From Selaginella moellendorffii (taxonomy: Eukaryota > Plantae > Lycopodiophyta), in NCBI RefSeq assembly GCF_000143415.4, contig NW_003314271.1:2609729-2673728 (forward strand): DNA of 64,000 nt, in the 5' to 3' direction. A model generated the notes under the pieces. The model had not been told where the DNA came from, made no database searches, and was given only the letters and a program-made list of their open reading frames with translations. Below, piece by piece: positions 1-13,620 of the stretch. Each line of letters starts with the position of its first letter. Within the stretch, counting starts at the first letter, position 1. The position numbers were made by a program, and so were the translations under genes.

Positions 1-885
1 AGGGAATAATGGATTTGATCCCAATACATAAAGTTGACATTAAATGAATGGTAATTGTGAAGATAAAGTCAAAAGTTTGACAACTAGCATCTTGAGACTC
101 ATGAAAACATAGAAATTTGAATTAAAGAAGCAAAAGAAGAGAACTTGGAGAAGGGGAAAACTATTTCTAATCTATTGTTAAATTCACCAACTCAAACCAA
201 GAAATACGAGAATAATGAATGTTTCAGGATAGAAACAACATTGAAAAAGATGCTGCAACAAATCCTAAATGCTATCAACTCCACAATTTAATCTCGTGTG
301 TGATGAGGCAAAAGGGAATTTGTTAATCATCCACCACTTCAATACAAGTTTAATGTTATGTTAGTTGAAGGAAATTGCTATGAGAAAGTAAAAACTATAG
401 GTTGATGAAGTTTGCATTCCATATCATTGCTTATTTTCAATCCATTAAGTCTAATCTTTTTTTTAAAGTTTTAAGCAACAATAGTGCCAGTGAAAATTTT
501 TGGAGATCCATAAAAAAGAATGAAACTAAAATGAGGAAGAAGAAATGACTTATTTAATTAAATAGCCTTTAATTAGACTAGATGTTTTTGTTTTGTAGAA
601 CCAGAAGTGCTACATCATTATAAAAGCTAAGGCAAGCATAAAAATAAGGATATTACTCCTAAAAGTGATCTATATTACTATAACATATACAAAGCTGGTT
701 TTTTATTTGATATCATTATGTGTTGAAAACTTTGGAAAAACACTGTCGATATATGGTCTTAAACTCTATTAGAATTGTGCCTTGCTCATGTATTAGTTGC
801 TTTAAGACTAAGGCCATTAGATGGGAACAAAGGTTTGATTACAATACCTCTAATTATCATTTTGCAATTGATTATCACAATAAAT

Positions 886-1079
886 TGTAAGCTCCTGAAT
901 TTGTACTTCCTGGGAAGTCACCCAACCTAATATTATTTAAACCTAAAAACATTTAACCTCAAGTATCCCAAAACTATTAACCCATTGAAAAACGGGGTGC
1001 ATTCTTGTTCATAGGCCCTTTCCTTTTATATTTGAACTTCATGGATCGTCTTTTGAATCGTTTTCTTTTATTGCTTACA
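886..1079 (-). mobile_element. Solo LTR (~194 bp) of a TRIM-like family (family B)
   Basis: Termini TGTAAGC...GCTTACA; flanks TAAAT/CAAAC are compatible with a 5-bp TSD after C>T decay; homologous to 2750-2860, 17372-17567 and 57669-57843. Confidence 0.65.
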
Positions 1080-2749
1080 CAAACAAAATTAATAGCAGTT
1101 GTGAGAGATGTTAGATTTAAATGAAAAAGTAAAAAATCTTTGACATTGTTATGAAGACGATGGGGGAAATATTCTTTGAAGGTTACATCACCTCACAAAA
1201 TATTAATTATGACCATTTAGAACTTCAATGCATAAGCAAATACTTAGAGCCTTGATATATAGGCAGACTTAGAGTCTTAGACAATTACTACAATTTATTA
1301 GTGCACTCTTGATCAATATTGCTAAACATGCTAGTGAAGTGCTCAACAAAGAGATTGAAATCTTAAAGAACATAATCACTTTTTTCAAAGAGCATGAAAA
1401 ACCTTAAAAGAGGCATCCTAATAAAAAGAGATCTGATAGGCCCATACAAGAAGGCAGAGTGAAATATCAACTAAGTTGTATAACAATTCAAAGTCTGACT
1501 TGGTTGAAGAAGCCATGGAATTTAGACCACATGCCATCAAACTTTACTAGCATACCAATCTTTAGCTTTAAACTAGTAAACCATTGATAAAGTCGAAAAA
1601 TTTGTTAGAGTTACAAGTGAAGTGTCATATTATATTGCTTCAACATTTTATATGACTTTTGTAGAGTATCAAGATCTAACTGGAGGTGAAGAAAAGAATC
1701 TAAAGAAGCTATAAATATTTAAGAATTAAATTGTTAAGAGCTCATCATCGAGTGAAGGGGAGATGACAAAACTATTAATAAAATATTTTTAAAAATGGAG
1801 AAAAAAAAAAGAGTTGTATCCAATATTTTGAATACAAAGTTCTCAAAACACTACTTTTATAAAGGTTCTAATTTCCAAAAACTTATATTTGGGTTTATAC
1901 TAATCCCAAATGCCCATCCATGCATATAATAAGTCTGGAATTCAAACCCTGTTAATAGAAGTTTAGGGTTCAATTTCTATCATAGCCAATAGTGGTGAAT
2001 ATACTCTTTAGTAAATATAGAAAAATTGGCAAATACATGATATCTATGAATTAAACCTAAAGATTTAGGGGGAATGAATGTTGTGGGGTGTGGTATATGA
2101 GGAGAAGTTGAATGCTTAGCAATCTACCTTGAATTACATTCTCAACAATAATGATCCCATCATGTACCTCAATTTCTTTTTGAAGACACAGATAGAAAAC
2201 ATTTCAAATGACCACTTTGAGGATGCAATTAAGAATTATATGGCTGTAGTGGTGTACTAAGAGCTATTTGACAAGCTGATCATAGTAAAAAATGCACTTA
2301 GGGAAGGCTTTAGGCACTCAATGGTGATAGAGGCATGACAATGGCCACACTAGATTGGCATGCTATAGAGGTGCTAAGCAATATTGGTATTAATGCATTG
2401 CTTCCAAGTCTTCCATGCATAGTGATCACCATGATTGATATTCTCAAGTGCTTGCGCTTTGATCAAGATTTTGTGGAGCAGTGGGAATGGATTAGGGACA
2501 TCATATAAGGTACTTAATTTCACTTGGTAGATATCTTTCTCATGTTTCTTCCTCCAAAGTTTAATTCCAAGTGGCTTATAAACTTTTATAATTATATATG
2601 TGATTCTTCAAAGTTTAGATTAGGAGAACCAATCTAGATTGTATGCAATAAGGAAAGCAAGGACTCATGAAGTTATCCCCGCTCCTTGAGATATGAATGA
2701 CAAAATAGAATTCCCTACATTCTACCAAACCAAAAAATATATGGAATAA

Positions 2750-3070
2750 CATGTAACCCCAAAACCTTTAATAGATTAAATAAAAAAGTGCACTCTTATT
2801 CATGGGTTGTTTCCCTCTATATTGAATCAATTTATCAAATTATTCTTTTTAGTTGCTTATAATTCATCATACTTTTTTATAAGTTCACATCTTATGAATG
2901 GAAGTTGAAAGTTGCAACTTTCTTAAGAGCCTCACACTTTACTCCTCAAGTCTAACTTAGCTAGACCAAACTAGACTACCAAATGTCATGGTGTGATTCC
3001 CTTAGCTAATTGATAGAATTGAACCTAAGACCTCTTTAATACCAAATATAAACTCTTGAGTTTAGTTATT
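2750..3070 (-). mobile_element. Decayed TRIM family B element (partial LTR, ~185 bp internal region, start of second LTR)
   Basis: LTR-like end TTGCTTATA at ~2859; internal part ends CTCTTTAATACCA, the reverse complement of a degenerate tRNA-iMet PBS TGGTATCAGAG, just before a TATAAACTCTTGA LTR start; internal part matches 17280-17370. Confidence 0.5.
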
Positions 3071-4361
3071 CTCTTTAGTTATTTACATATTAATTTAAAT
3101 ATTCTTCAATAATCATATAACCATTGTCCTCTATATTATCCTTCTTGATTTATTTACCTATTGCATTTGTCTTTTTGCTAAAAGCCTTGTGAATAGCAGC
3201 CTTTATTGATAGAATGACAAACCCACCACCTTTGTGTAGCCAAATCTTTGCTTTGTATGTAAAGTAAAAACTTCTCTTGAGGTTTGCTCTCTAGGGAAAC
3301 CCTTAACCTGTTCCATAAAGCAAGTGCAAGAAGGATTGAAGCATGTAAGAGAAGTATTAATGCAATAAAAACAAAGAGAAGAAGTTTTGCATACCAAGCA
3401 TGGCACCTCTCGAATCTTTGAATATACCAATTTATATCCCCCACCAAACTACATATAATAGGTAGTTTTGCCCCATCCTTGCTCACCCAAACGCTTGCTT
3501 TTGAATTTGTACTTTAATAGCTACTTTATCTGATAAGCAAAGTGTATCTTACAACTAGAATTTGGCTTTCAATGTATATAGAATGAAATGCTTTATTATT
3601 GTGCTTACCAAAGCAAGTTTAGAATTGCTTTCAAGCCTTTTTGGCATTGCCACTAATCCCACCTCACTCTACATGATTGAGTCCTTGTAACTTACCTGTG
3701 GTTAATACTGCAGGAAGGAGAAGAGAAATGGTTACTATAATCTGATTTCATAAACTTAGTGAACTCATCATAACACCATCATCAATATAAGGAGTAGTTC
3801 CTATAACATCATGTCCCAAATTCCCAAACCCTTGTCCCAACTACCAACTCTTTGCCTCAGCCTTTTCATAGGTGGGAATGTGAGCATTTGTGAGAGCTCA
3901 TATGATACGAGCCCATCAAAGTTAAATTGGAGTTGGCAAATTGAATGGCTATGATGGAGTTTTATGCCTTATGCATTGATGGGGCCATTGGAATGGCATC
4001 TAGATAAAGAATATCCTTAGTAGATTCCACCCCACATGGAAAAAGTAAAGACCTATGGGCAAGCACATGGCTTTTTGACACACGTTAAAACAACTGCATC
4101 TACAAATTGCACGCCATAACAGTACAATGGAATGTGCTTTAGAATGAACCTGATGTCAGGACTAAGAAGAAAAGTGAGTTGGAACAACGTTGGAGTGAAA
4201 CTTGAATGCTTAAACAATGGAGCCGTTGGATTGTGAGGTGATTAACTAAGAAGTCTGACTAAAGTTGACTAAACATTCAAGCCTTCTAACGCCAAAATGC
4301 CCCCAAAACAAACATTCAGTTTCATTCCACCCGTCATATCAGGACTTAGCAAGATCTTTGT

Positions 4362-5126
4362 TCACATTACTATGGAACCCCCTGTTTTCCTCCACATCGT
4401 ACCCAACCAGTCAATCATCCCCGAGACCGTTCTTCTTCTTTGCTCGCAGCTCTCCCTGGGCTTGCAGAAAGCCCCACACCCGGCACAAGCAGTCACCCCA
4501 TAGGCATGATCCAACACAAGCTCTCCTCTAGCTGATAGAGTCCATTGCCCACGAGAAGCGTGATCCTTCCTCCACCACACACGAGGCCCCGAAAGTCATC
4601 GAATGAATGATCCATATCGATCTCCCTCTCAGTCCCAAAGCAGGACTCGTATCTCTTTGGAAGTGGAACCTCCTTCCAAGCACTGGCCTCCACCTCCAGG
4701 CTCATCAACCGGGCATCATTGTTGCCAAGTTTCTCCATGAAATATGTCACCCCGTGTGGTATTGGTTTGTCTTTGATTCGTTCATAGTCTCCGGCTGATA
4801 ACGACGATCTTGAGGAGCTCGTTGGTTCTTTCGTCCACCAGCATGGAGATGATCGAAGTCCTGCAAGCTTTGCTTGGCGACCTGGGAATGCTCCGGTTCC
4901 ATCCGCTCACTGGATGAGATCGAGCTTGCTGTTGGTTCCCATGCGCACCAGCCACTGCGAATAATCCACCACATACCTCCGCGTGAGGAAATTCGCGGGC
5001 AGTTTGAATTGAACCTGTGCCAGGAGCCCAGCCGGGGAAAGCACGTCTGCCCTCCCCCACCATCAAAAACCAGCGCTCGCGCTTCATCGCCCATGCACCG
5101 GAAGAGATCCAGAGAGCGCCAGCCAT
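4362..5126 (-). pseudogene. Frameshifted F-box-associated/kelch-like beta-propeller gene relic
   Basis: Fragments in different frames: VCGGLFAV...SHPVSGWNRSIP (like the xCNPxTxxWxxLP motif) and LMSLEVEASAWKEVPLP; no F-box domain or continuous frame. Confidence 0.4.
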
Positions 5127-5265
5127 GCCAAGATCAAAGAACCTAGATTAAAAATCTTTCATATAAAGGCTTGGCAAATTAGTTAATTTTGTTTCATTTG
5201 TTGCCTAGCAAGTATTTAAAATAGAAAATACGCTGAACAGTAATAGCCAACAAATATTACACAGA

Positions 5266-6276
5266 TCAAAGCAGTGGTGTGCTTCCATACACCCTGTCAT
5301 TAAATAGCTTCATGACAGACTCTGCGGAGTCCACAGAAAGATCAGTTGTCTCCATTATAGACTCCCGGCTCGACCTTGAAATGGCTTCCAAAGATCCCAC
5401 TCCCTGCACAAGCTGAGATGCAGTAGCTAGAAAGAAACCTTATGGTCCAAGCACTCACTGAATGGGCGTCATGGAGCTCCAACTTTGGAATAGAGGAGAC
5501 ACATGCCATCCGCGCATCCTCGGACTGAACAAACTGCTTTCTCTGCAGAAAAGTGTGGGAAAAAGAAACACAAAAATAAATCCTATCAAAGCACCTCGAG
5601 ATCAACCATTCCAGTGATGCCTTGGCGCTTGCATTCTGCTCAAACGATGTTAGAGCAAGAAGCAAAGGATGGGATTGACACCACCTGCGTGAACAAAAGC
5701 AATCCGGATCATTTTCTCCAGCGCCATATGCTTGCTCGGTACCGGAATAAAAGCTGGTTTGTCACCATCGAAACCAAGGCTGGAAAAGAGCAAAAGTTAA
5801 AAAACACAGTTGTAAATAGTAGCAGGCCACCTGAAGTAGAACTCCGAAAACACGCTGTAGTCAGACTCGGACGAGAGTGTGACGATGACATAGGAATTCT
5901 GGAAAGTCCCTCTCATCTTTAGAATCCTGCGTAGATACATAAAAGTCAAATCCTAGACGAGGCAAAGCTCGGACAGATCACCTTTCGGCCTCGCATGCAA
6001 GCTCCTTGTGAACATCGTCCACCACGACAAAAGCGATGGACACTCCTGCGTTGCTGAGAATAAAGTCCTAGAGCCATCCAGCCAAAGTATGAAATAAGCT
6101 AGACTACAAGACAAAGAAGACTAAAAGAACACGCAAGGAAATAGAGATGGAACCGGAGCTATGGCAGAGAATCTGAGACGATAGGAGGCCGCCTGGAGCA
6201 GCGCGCTAAGCGTGGACACGGCGTCTTGCGGGTGTGACTGGCGCCAGAGCTCGCTGCAAATGCAAACTCCCGCCAT
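5266..6276 (-). CDS. PTD: PARTING DANCERS-like meiotic crossover protein (ERCC1-like, SHOC1 partner); multi-exon
   Basis: Spliced translation MAGVCICSELWRQ...SYRLRFSAIAP|DFILSNAGVSIAFV...|ILKMRGTFQNSYVIVTL...|KPAFIPV...ALEKMIRIA...|VSSIPKLELHDAHS|LVQGVGSLEAISRSSRESIMETTDLS follows the Arabidopsis PTD pattern along its length; GT-AG introns. Confidence 0.85.
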
Positions 6277-8443
6277 GGAAAGATTTGAAGGCGAGACGAG
6301 CTCGCTCGATCGAAGCAAGGAATCACTCAGCGATCCCCACGATGGCCTGCGAGGCCCTGCAAATCGCGATCATCCATTAAACCCTAGAAACCCCACATTA
6401 CATTACACAAGAAAATCACCGTCAAACCAAAAGGGCAAAGGCTCGTATTTTGAGAGACTTAAAATGTGGTTGGAAGTTTGCTCGTCATGCAATAAACTGC
6501 TGGAGGAGGAAGTTTTCGGTCCTTTTCACTATGATGCGAGAAAGAAGAAGAGCCTTTTGGCAGTGGTGGCAGCCAAATCCTGCCTATGTTTCCTATGCCT
6601 TGTTTGCTGGCTCTCGCTTTTGTCATTGGACCTCTTTTCCATTTTCTATAAATTCCTTGTAGGCCCTCTGGTGTTCTTGTGACGCTTCAACTGCGGCTAC
6701 GACTCTTCAACGAGCGGAAGGAGTTGAATGGAATAAACTGGCAGGAGAGAAAGGAGAGGAGAGGAGTGACGATTCTTCAATATTTTTCCAGTTGAGCACC
6801 GACGAACAGGAATGGTTGGTTGCTGATAGAAATAGAGAAAGGATGTGTTCGCTTTGCTACCAAAGGCTATATGGCAACACCCAGACAAACACACACTAGA
6901 ACAAGTCAGGCCATGCATAGAAAACGTTTGAGCCGGGAGAGCCTCCAAGCCCGAAAGTGGTCCCGGAGAAGAGGGTGCACGAATGTATGGCTATGGAGGA
7001 CGCTTCGTAGATAGATGGGGTGGAATGGAACCTTTCACGCGATGGGTCGATAGAACCTTTGCCCGTATGGCCTGGATGGATCGCTCTACATGCTTGCCAA
7101 CGAAAAAGCTCTTTTTTACTTTGGCTGTAGAAAAAGGTGGGCGAGTGATCAGTGAGGAATGAATCTGGAGGGGTAAATGGTCGATCCCAGGAAGATTTTT
7201 GGGTGGTGGTGGTGGACAAATTAGATTCTCCAACGCATATGATGCTCGTGATGATTCAAAGTGTGTCCTCTCTAGTGAGGAGCAGTGCTTGTTTCTTACA
7301 GGTCAACACCCCACCTCTGCAGTAAAAATCACGCGACCTTTAGCCTTTGGGGAAAAAAAGAGGAAAAAGCAAAAAGAAAACGATTTCCTTTTTTAAGAAC
7401 AACAATCTCAATCTCAGCAGTGCATGATCTTCTTCTACACCAGCACGAACACGAAAGAATTATATTGACATCATAAGAGAAATTTTTGTTTCTACCTGTT
7501 TAGATAAATCATTACTCCATCCATCCATCGATCGATCAATCGATCTCGAAAAAATATCTAACACCCCAGGCCCTTGGGTGTTTTGGATGGAGATGGATGC
7601 GCGTGGAGCAGCGTTTGGTGGCGCTCCTCTCACTCAGTCTTTTGTGGCAGGCAGGGGCTATTTATGAAGAAGCAGTCCTTATGAGCTGTGAAAGCTCTGG
7701 CTTCTCTCGTCCCCTTCTAGCAAAACAAACACACACACACACACACTCTTGACATAGAACAAACACTCCCCTTTCTTTTTTGTCCATGCCCTTGTAAATG
7801 CTGCCCCTTCTCGCCTTCGTACACGTTTTCCTTCCAAAGTTGATCACTCATTCATTCTCCTTTGGATCCATTCATTCTAAATTCCGCCTCTCTATACCTT
7901 GTAGAGTTTCCCGAGTTTCTTATTTCTACGCTTATAATTCGCGGTTTATCCTTTTCTTTTGCCTAATTTTCCATATTTTTGGGATTAAATATTTGTTGCT
8001 GTTTCACTTGAGTGACTTTCCTAATCAGGAACTGAGCACATATAAAAGCCGCAGTAGTTTCTCTCCATATATAAGTGCGGCAGTTTGTAGTACTCTCGAG
8101 TACTCGCTTAATGGTTTTGCTCTGCTAGATCTGACTACTCTCCCTTCACTCTCTCCGTTTTCTCGATCCTCTCGAGGGAAAAGGTTGCATTGATTCCACC
8201 ATTCTCGTGCGCTAGAAATTCTCCGCACCCCTCTCTTCTCCCGGTAGTACACAGCGCATCAAATCCCTCTCTTTCCAGATCTTGAACGACATATGATTGC
8301 CCAAAGTTTGATCTTGTCCTGGATGACTTACCTTTCCTGGCTGGCTCTCACTCCACCAAGTCACTAGATGATCACCATCATTGATCCTGGCTCCTTGCAA
8401 ACCGCGAAGAACACACTTTAGTGGAAAGAAAGAGAAAGAATCT

Positions 8444-10428
8444 ATGTACGATCGGCCCATGGATCCGCTCCAGCTGCTGCCACTTCTCCTCGTCGTCATC
8501 GCTGCGGCTGCGGCCGCCTTGTCCTGGGGAGCAAAAAAAGCGGCGGAGTTTTTGTGGCGGCCAGTCCATCTGAGACGGCTGCTGCGGATGCAGGGGCTGG
8601 AGGGTCCTCGTCCCAAATTCCTTGTAGGAAACATGGACGAGATCACGAGGATGAAGGAGACAGCCTTCCACCAGCCCATGGAAATTGGGGACCATAATCT
8701 CCTCCAGAGAATCTGCCCATACTACTTGGAGTGGTCCAAGCTCTACGGTAAGTTTGCACCTCGGTCATGATTCATGATACTCCTCCAATTCTTCTTTCTT
8801 CTCTCTTTTTGTTTTGTGCTTGTAGTGATTTTTCTATTCCTGCAGGACGAACATTTGTGTTTTGGTGGGGGACGGAGCCCAGAATCACGGTGACAAGGCC
8901 CGACATGATCAAGGAGATACTGTACTCAAAAGCAGCACACTTTGGAAAATCAGCGCTGCAGCGAAAAGGTGGAGCCGTGCTGCTGGGCAATGGCCTGATC
9001 ATGGCGAACGGCAGCGACTGGGCTCATCGCCGCGCCATCGTCTGCCGCGCTTTCAAGATGGACAAGATCAAGGTATCATCGAGATTGCTAAGTTCGTAGT
9101 TCTTCTCTCGCGCGTTTTTTCCTTTCGAAACTTCTTTCCAAAGTTACCAAGGTAGAAGAACGATTGAAAGATTTGGATCGCAGGAAATGGTACCCTCTAT
9201 GCTGGAGAGCACCAAGAATCTCATCCGGAGATGGGATGCTCACTTGGAGCTCAACGGGGGAGCTCCCTGCGAGGTGGATGCTTATCGCGACCTGGCTGTT
9301 GTCACAGCCGATATCATCGCTACCACGGCGTTTGGGAGCAGCTATTCGGATGGGATCAAGCTCTTCCACACATTGACATCCATCCAGAAGCTGTTTGTTC
9401 AATCCAATAAGTATCTGTGGCTCCCAGGAAGCAGGTACTATACAATACTTTTACATACTCTTTCTTTTTCTTTTTCCTCTTTCTTTCCTTCCTTTTCCTA
9501 CGTGCGTTTTACGTAGATTCAATGCTTTTCTTACCAGGCTTCTCCCGACGAGAACGAACAGAAAGATCCGCAAGCTCCAGAGGGAGATGCAAGCTTTGCT
9601 CCAGGATCTCATCAAGGCTCGCCTCTCGAGCCCGTCACTGGGCACCGATCTACTGGCTTTGATGCTCTCTGCAGTCGAGGAGGATCCCGGCAATAAGGTG
9701 CAATCATCCAAGTTCAAGTTCACAATCCAGCAGCTGATCGAGGAGTGCCAGACTTTTTTCTTCGTCGGGCACGAGACGACGCTGATGCTTGTGACTTGGG
9801 CAATGATGCTGCTGTGCTTGCACCCGGAGTGGCAAGACCTCGCCCGCAAGGAGGCGAGACAAGTTCTCCAAGAGTCAAATAGAGTAGTGAACGCGGATAC
9901 GCTCGCAAAACTGAAAACGGTACGTATACCTAGTCTAAAGAACTCTCCATATCATATCCCCACCAAAATGTTCACATGATTGTTGATAATTGCCATGACC
10001 AGGTGGGGATGATCATCAATGAAACGCTGCGACTGTATCCTCCAGCCCCGAATCTAGTCCGAGCAGCACTCCAAGACACTTGCGTGGGCGATCTCTACGT
10101 CCCCAAAGGCACCACCTTTTGGATCCCCATTCTGGCCCTTCACCAGGACAAGCACCTCTGGGGCGAAGATGCTCACGAGTTCCGGCCACAGCGGTTCAGC
10201 CAGGGCGTATCCAGGGCTTGCAAAACATACGATTTCCTCCCCTTCTCTTCAGGACCCAGGATATGTGTGGGCCAGTCCTTCGCAATTATGGAGGCCAAGC
10301 TTATTTTAGCCATGATTCTCCAGCATTATCACTTGGGTCTCTCGCCCCGCTACAAACACTCGCCGGTTTCTTCCGTCACCCTCAAGCCAGGGTTGGGAAT
10401 GCAGCTCATGATCAAGCGCTGTGACTAA
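8444..10428 (+). CDS. Cytochrome P450, CYP72 clan (closest in motifs to CYP735/CYP715-type); 5 exons
   Basis: N-terminal TM anchor, GPRP hinge, I-helix FFFVGHETT, ETLRLYPP, FRPQRF, heme motif FSSGPRICVG; five-exon layout typical of the CYP72 clan. Confidence 0.92.
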
Positions 10429-12239
10429 CTTGTTTAGATTTTTCTTTCTGCTTTGAAAATCTGTAGACTATGATGAAGACTATGACTACACTGTATGGTC
10501 CACGGACGAGAACATAAGAAGCCAAGGAGAACAAAATCTTTGGTCACAAATGATCAACAACAACCTTTTATTCGTAAGGAAAAAAATAATAAAAGGATAA
10601 AATCAAAGAACTTACAAACTATGAGTATATGTTATAGGTGTATGACAAAAAAGGCAGCAAGTACTTTTCTTCATGAAATTTCTTAAGTTACTTTATTATT
10701 AAAAATGATATTCATTCTAACGTAGTCTTAGACCATATCAACATAAGATGCCCTTTAGAAAATATATATATAAATTATAAATAGAAGATTAATCTTAATG
10801 AATAACAATCATTAGATAGTAGAATAAAGCAAATATCAAGGTACATTAGCTATGTTTTTATTGGAGGTCAAACATCTCCAACATTTCGATATTCCATTTC
10901 TATATTCTATACACTTATATTGGTGGAGGTGAAAAGCAACTTTGATTGTCCCTGCAAGTGTTTAGATTTGGGATTCTACTTTAGATCTAGCTTTTGCATT
11001 GTTTAGATTTCCTTTTTCTTATAGCTTTTTCAATTTCTTTTTTTTTTGCTTTTATCCTTTTCATTGAGTAGCAACTTCCTCCTCCTTTGACTCTGGAGCA
11101 ACAATTGGTGCAATTGCTTAATACTATGCAATTGCAATTGAATAATTAAACTTAGTTGATGGTGGTATTCATGTCGCATGGTACAACTCTTTCTGCTCTT
11201 GTTGTCAATCCTTGAGTCCAGTTAAAGTTCTTTCGTGGAAATCTTGGGATGATGTGTACCATTAGTTCAATTACTTCACGGTAATTACTATATATCATTC
11301 TTGGGATGATGTTTGGCGTTTGCCACATGTCTCTAAGGGATGGCATTGCAACAGTACAGTGGTTTGGGTGCAGCCAGTCATGAGGATTGAAGCATTCTCC
11401 TAAACATCTTTAAACATGCATTTGGATATGCTGACAATTGTGATAATGCCTTTCAAAAATTGTATCATCTCCATTAAAAACCATTTAAGTTCATGATACA
11501 ATTTGGCATTCATATCTAAAGTCTCTTACTTTATGTAAAGCCTAATATGTTGGAATAGATCAAGTTGGGAATGTTGTAATTAGCACTTTGTTAAGATCTT
11601 ATAAAACTTGTGCATACACTTGCTCTAGCCACTTTTGACAATGTTCTTCATTAATCACAATTTTATGAGATATTGCCTTTTTCACTTTTCGTTACATGTC
11701 TTTTAGCTCCACTTTCTGTGGGAAATGGTTCTATTCCAATAGAAGTTGATGCTACTGCTGCCCGAATTCAAGGACAAAAGTGATTTTTCGGATTGGCAAC
11801 CTCTATTTCCTTGGTAAAGATTTTGGCATCAACAATGTCCTATTAGTATTACTGTAGTGGAAGATTTAGACATTAAGATGTTTCTAGGAAATGAAGAGTC
11901 ATACAAGTAATGAAGGGTCTTTGTGCAAATATATCAGTTCCATCTTTCCTCGAGGAGTATTATCAAAGGGTTCACTTGGTAGTAGTTCATCTAGTGTTTA
12001 CTTTCCAAGTTCATTTTTATAGCAAAAGGTCTTTTATTATTCTCTCTATGTTGGTTGATATAGGTTTAAATTTATCTTCTATTGCTATATGTTACCATCT
12101 ATATTTGTGTCATGTGGCAGAGCTAGTTTTCATTTTGTATGACAACAGCCATACACATACATGTGCATAGGATAATATAGACTTAATTGTATATGTAAGC
12201 AATTTCAAACTTGAGTTGCAATCATTGCAAGTGGTGCCA

Positions 12240-13620
12240 AATCAAGCTTTTGACCTCATCTTTAGTATAAATTAATTGCGGCACAATCATGCCAAATGTG
12301 ACTTTGAGGCATCTCCCCCTTATCTCATACTTCCTTATATTGTTTTCATTCCTCTCACTTTTATTCCTCTTAGTCATGTTACTTTTACCTTTATTTCCAT
12401 CACTTTTGTCTCTCCATTACTTATTCCTTTGTTTCTTCTTCCCATCCCTCTAACAGTCTTTCTATTATAATGGTTGACCGGCTTATGAAGCAAGATTCTT
12501 ATTTGTTGTTAGATCAAAATTTTACATGCAAACGTTAAAGAGATGTTAGAAAAGAGTGTTATTCGAAAGTCGTGGAGTCCTTAAGTGTGTGAACCTTATC
12601 TTGTGACATAGTTTGATGGGAGTATTCATTTTTGCATTGACTATCATTTGTTAAATGAAGTGATGATCCCAGATGTGTACCCTCTTCCTCACATTATAGA
12701 TCTCTTGAATTATCTAGGGAGAAGTCATTAATTCACTAAGTTAAATCTTGTTTTTAAGTACTGGCAAGTACCAATAGCCAAAGAAGATATTTCTAAAATT
12801 GTTTTTTATAACAGGCCTTTTCCACGGTCGATTGCTAGTAATGAATATGTGATTATTGCTTCTAACTACTTGACTCATTGGGTGGAAGTTAGTGCTCTTA
12901 TTAGTGCATTTGCCACTACTATTAATTACTTCCTTCTCAATCAAATAGTGTTCTAACATTGTTATCTAGAGTAAATTTTTTCAAATAATAATCCTGCATT
13001 TATGGCTGAGGCATTTCAGGTTTTAATATCTTGGTTGGGGATACACCACCCTTTTTGAGTGCTTATTATCCATAGTCTAATGGTTTAGTAGAGCAGCTCA
13101 TTCAAACATTCAAAGGGATAATCATGAAATATGTGAACTTTTAGTATTCGGATTAGAATGGTTATTTACTGTCTCTTCAATATGTGTATATCACAAAGAG
13201 TGTAGGGTTTTACTAGTGTTTCACCAAATAAACTCTTATATGGTTATGATCTGATACTACCAGTGGAGTTGAGGTTTACCTTCATGATTACCACGAGCTA
13301 CTGATGCTAGATCTTAGGATCAGTATTTGGTGAATGTTCTTCCATTTATCTGAGTAAAGTCTACTAAACATCTGGGCCATATACAAGTGGGAAAAAATAG
13401 TGCTACAATTTCCATCATTGCCACCTACAAAGTATAAAGTGGATGACTTGGTGTTAGTCTATTTTCCTAATCTTATGGTATGTGGTTTGGCTAAGAAGCT
13501 TCTTGTTTAATGGAAGGGACCATATCAGGTGTTGTGGCAAATTGAACTACAAGTTTTTGAGATTTGTGTAGGTAAGTTCAATGTGAACTTACCTGCATAT
13601 AGGCTTAGGTTTGGTAGGCC
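12240..13620 (+). mobile_element. Degenerate Ty3/gypsy pol (protease, N-terminal RT, integrase) with internal deletion
   Basis: FDLIFSIN*LRHNHAKCDF (protease); DGSIHFCIDYHLLNEVMIPDVYPLPHIIDLL...FTKLNL...YWQVPIAKEDISKIVFITG (RT); NNPAFMA...AYYP*SNGLVEQL (integrase). RT-before-IN order is gypsy-type. Confidence 0.85.

Larger units (their letters stand above)
1..4200. mobile_element. AT-rich, CpG-depleted block of decayed transposon/pseudogene remnants
   Basis: Low GC, very few CG dinucleotides, no credible intact ORF; contains small-LTR remnants (886-1079, 2750-3070). Confidence 0.7.

Noticed and set aside
430-720. Protein kinase relic (VEPEV...ITPKSDLY)
   Set aside because: Only short motif resemblance amid stops and frameshifts; cannot be supported.
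2990-3045. tRNA gene or SINE (GGTTCAATTC B-box-like; similar at 61040)
   Set aside because: No cloverleaf or A box; better explained as PBS-adjacent TRIM internal sequence.
6540-6640. miR156/535-like sequence (TGACAAAAGCGAGAGCCAGC on the minus strand)
   Set aside because: Several mismatches to known mature miRNAs and only a loose fold-back.
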